From a virus (taxonomy: Duplodnaviria; Caudoviricetes), in IMG/VR virus record IMGVR_UViG_3300010398_000042, positions 1 through 25,691 of that record: a stretch of DNA of 25,691 nt, one strand, 5' to 3'. This document shows, piece after piece, positions 23,860 to 25,691 of the stretch (its first letter is position 1; every line of letters starts with the position of its first letter). A program made the position numbers and the translations under genes. The notes under the pieces are model-generated. The model had not been told where the DNA came from. It did not search any database and saw only the letters and a program-made list of their open reading frames with translations.

Positions 23860-25100
23860 GCACAGACAAGCTCTTCGAGGTCGAGCACGATGGGGGCCGA
23901 AAGCTCCTCCATCCAGGCATCGCCGCCGACGAGCGTTCCATCTCCGCAGAGGAACTCGTTCAAGACCGCCGCGCTGGGCGACGGCAGGCAGTCGAGCGGG
24001 TTGGCGTAGCTAAGCCCGCCGACGACGTGCCCATCGCCGCAGATCAACGGCGGCGTGGTGACCTCGGGACTCGGATACCCGCAGATCGCCACGTCGATCC
24101 CTTCGAGGCACTCGTCCAGCGGAGGCGCGAACCCTGGCCCGCCGACGACGGCCTGCCCGCAGACGAACTCGTTCAGGAGCGCAGGAGCGGGCGACCCAAG
24201 GCAGGCGGGGAGACTGGGGAGGTCGAGGTCGGCGCAGGCGATGTCCTCGATCCAGGCGACGTAGGCCTCGGGAACGCCGAAGGCCTGCGCACTCGGAACA
24301 CCTGCGAGCAGGACGCGCTGGTTGAAACGCGAGACGCCGAACTGCTGCGCACTCGGAACGCCTGGGACCTGGACCGAGAAGGCGGTCTTGATCGCGCCGA
24401 AGGCCTGCGCCGAGCCGAGTCCCGGCACGGGCTTCGTGAAGCCGGTGCGGAAGACGAGCGAGCCGAAGGCCTGCGCCGACGGGACTCCGGCGGGGGTGAG
24501 GCGGTAGGTCGCCTTCGGCGTGACGACGCCGAACGCCTGCGCGCTCGGGACGCCGCCAACGGGGAGAGTGACGGTCGCCTTGATCGTCGGCACGCCGAAG
24601 TTCTGCGCGGACGAGACACCGCCGACAGGACGGCCCTGCGCCGTCCTGATCGTGCCGAAGCTCTGCGCCGAGGGGACGCCGGTTACGCTCGCCCGGATAA
24701 CGCTGTAGGGCGTAACCACGCCGAAGGCCTGTGCGCTCGGGACGGAGCCGACCGAGCGGGTAACCGCCGTCTTGATCGTGATCGAGCCGAACGCCTGCGC
24801 CGAGGGAACCGAGCCGGGACCGAACCTGAGCGCCAGCTTCGGTGTGCCGAAGGCCTGCGCGGACGAAACACCGCCGACGGCGACGGTCTGGTTGTAGACC
24901 GTCTTGAAGGTGAGCGGGCCGAACTGGTTCGCAACCGTCGCGCCCGTGATCGTCGTCGCGCCCGTGAGCGTCGTGCCGGCGGTGAGCGTCGGGACGGTCG
25001 GCGACGGCCAAACGCCGGGGACGCCGATCCGGTAGCCGACCTCCTCGTTACCGACGAGGAAGTTGCCGAGTACAGCCCTCGCGTCAGGAGGGTGCTGCAC
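23856..25100 (-). CDS. minor tail/fibre protein with ten GVPSAQAFG repeats and Cys-rich C-terminus
   Basis: Ten 20-22 aa repeats; duplicated CL.SP..A.LNEF.CG...VGG. Confidence 0.75.
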   Translation of the reverse strand: MQHPPDARAVLGNFLVGNEEVGYRIGVPGVWPSPTVPTLTAGTTLTGATTITGATVANQFGPLTFKTVYNQTVAVGGVSSAQAFGTPKLALRFGPGSVPSAQAFGSITIKTAVTRSVGSVPSAQAFGVVTPYSVIRASVTGVPSAQSFGTIRTAQGRPVGGVSSAQNFGVPTIKATVTLPVGGVPSAQAFGVVTPKATYRLTPAGVPSAQAFGSLVFRTGFTKPVPGLGSAQAFGAIKTAFSVQVPGVPSAQQFGVSRFNQRVLLAGVPSAQAFGVPEAYVAWIEDIACADLDLPSLPACLGSPAPALLNEFVCGQAVVGGPGFAPPLDECLEGIDVAICGYPSPEVTTPPLICGDGHVVGGLSYANPLDCLPSPSAAVLNEFLCGDGTLVGGDAWMEELSAPIVLDLEELVCA

Positions 25101-25102
25101 GG

Positions 25103-25498
25103 TTACCCCGCGTTACGCAGGTAGGCGGCGGCTCGCTCTATGTTCTCGACGCTGTAGCCCATCGAGCCGATGCCGCCGTTACACGCACGGCAGAGCAGAC
25201 CGCGCACTTGCTCTGTCTCAGAGTTGTGATCAACCGCGAGCGCCTTGCCGGTACGACACTCCTGACGACAGATCGCGCAGACACCGCCCTGGTCTTCGAG
25301 CATCTGGTTGTACTGCTCGATGGAGATGCCGTAGAGATGCTTCAACCTGTAGCCTCGCTTGGCTTCCGGATGCTCGTCGTGCCAACGCTTGACCCTGAGT
25401 CGTTGTTTCTCTCGCGTTCCTTCCGGGTCTGCCGCGAGGCGTCTGCGGTATTTCCCCCGATGGTATTCCTTCTCCTTTTCCGAGTCGGAATATGGCAT
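25103..25498 (-). CDS. endonuclease VII domain protein (freestanding homing-type)
   Basis: LKHLYGISIEQYNQMLEDQGGVCAIC...LAVDH...VRGLLCRACNGGIG; TGATG overlap. Confidence 0.92.
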   Translation of the reverse strand: MPYSDSEKEKEYHRGKYRRRLAADPEGTREKQRLRVKRWHDEHPEAKRGYRLKHLYGISIEQYNQMLEDQGGVCAICRQECRTGKALAVDHNSETEQVRGLLCRACNGGIGSMGYSVENIERAAAYLRNAG

Positions 25499-25691
25499 CA
25501 GAGTTTGGCGATAAATGGATTACTATTACTCCACTGAACGGTTATGTCTCCACCATTAGGAGTCACCGTGAACCCGTCGATGTAGAAGAGCAGGTTCGAG
25601 GTCGCGGGCGTGCCGGTGTCCTTGAAGACGGCGAGGCAGTCGATGGCAGCGCCGGCAGGAACGGCGGTGAAGGTGGCGTCGGCGGCGTCGA
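25498..25691 (-). CDS. 3' part of a minor tail protein (partial)
   Basis: ...DAADATFTAVPAGAAIDCLAVFKDTGTPATSNLLFYIDGFTVTPNGGDITVQWSNSNPFIAKL*, runs off the window end. Confidence 0.75.
   Translation of the reverse strand, partial: DAADATFTAVPAGAAIDCLAVFKDTGTPATSNLLFYIDGFTVTPNGGDITVQWSNSNPFIAKL

Noticed and set aside
24270-24880. CRISPR-like periodic repeats (CCGAAGGCCTGCGC)
   Set aside because: In-frame coding repeats of AQAFG with synonymous variation; no leader or cas operon. The Cas4-like gene is a solo phage exonuclease.

Overview
High-GC temperate phage genome segment, apparently in its free (excised) form because an intact attP with arm-type repeats on both sides lies in the middle. 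Positions 1-8.3 kb (+) form a translationally coupled early operon: SSB-like protein, Cas4/RecB-like PD-(D/E)XK exonuclease, Zn-binding and HNH proteins, DUF2493/SLOG protein, Holliday-junction resolvase, a structured non-coding gap at about 5.57-5.95 kb, a DnaD-like protein, Xis and a tyrosine integrase. Next come attP (3' half of tRNA-Gly(CCC)) and a two-gene HTH/wHTH cassette with its own promoter. Positions 10.3-25.7 kb (-) are a podovirus-type late operon: tail and fibre proteins, a CHAP endolysin with three small membrane proteins, adaptor, nozzle, collar-domain fibre, three ejection-type proteins and a transglycosylase-peptidase. Five freestanding HNH/EndoVII endonuclease genes interrupt this late region, and several neighbouring genes show abrupt synonymous recoding. 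A monoderm high-GC (Actinomycetota-like) host is inferred, not shown. All product calls come from motif recognition by eye; no searches were run.
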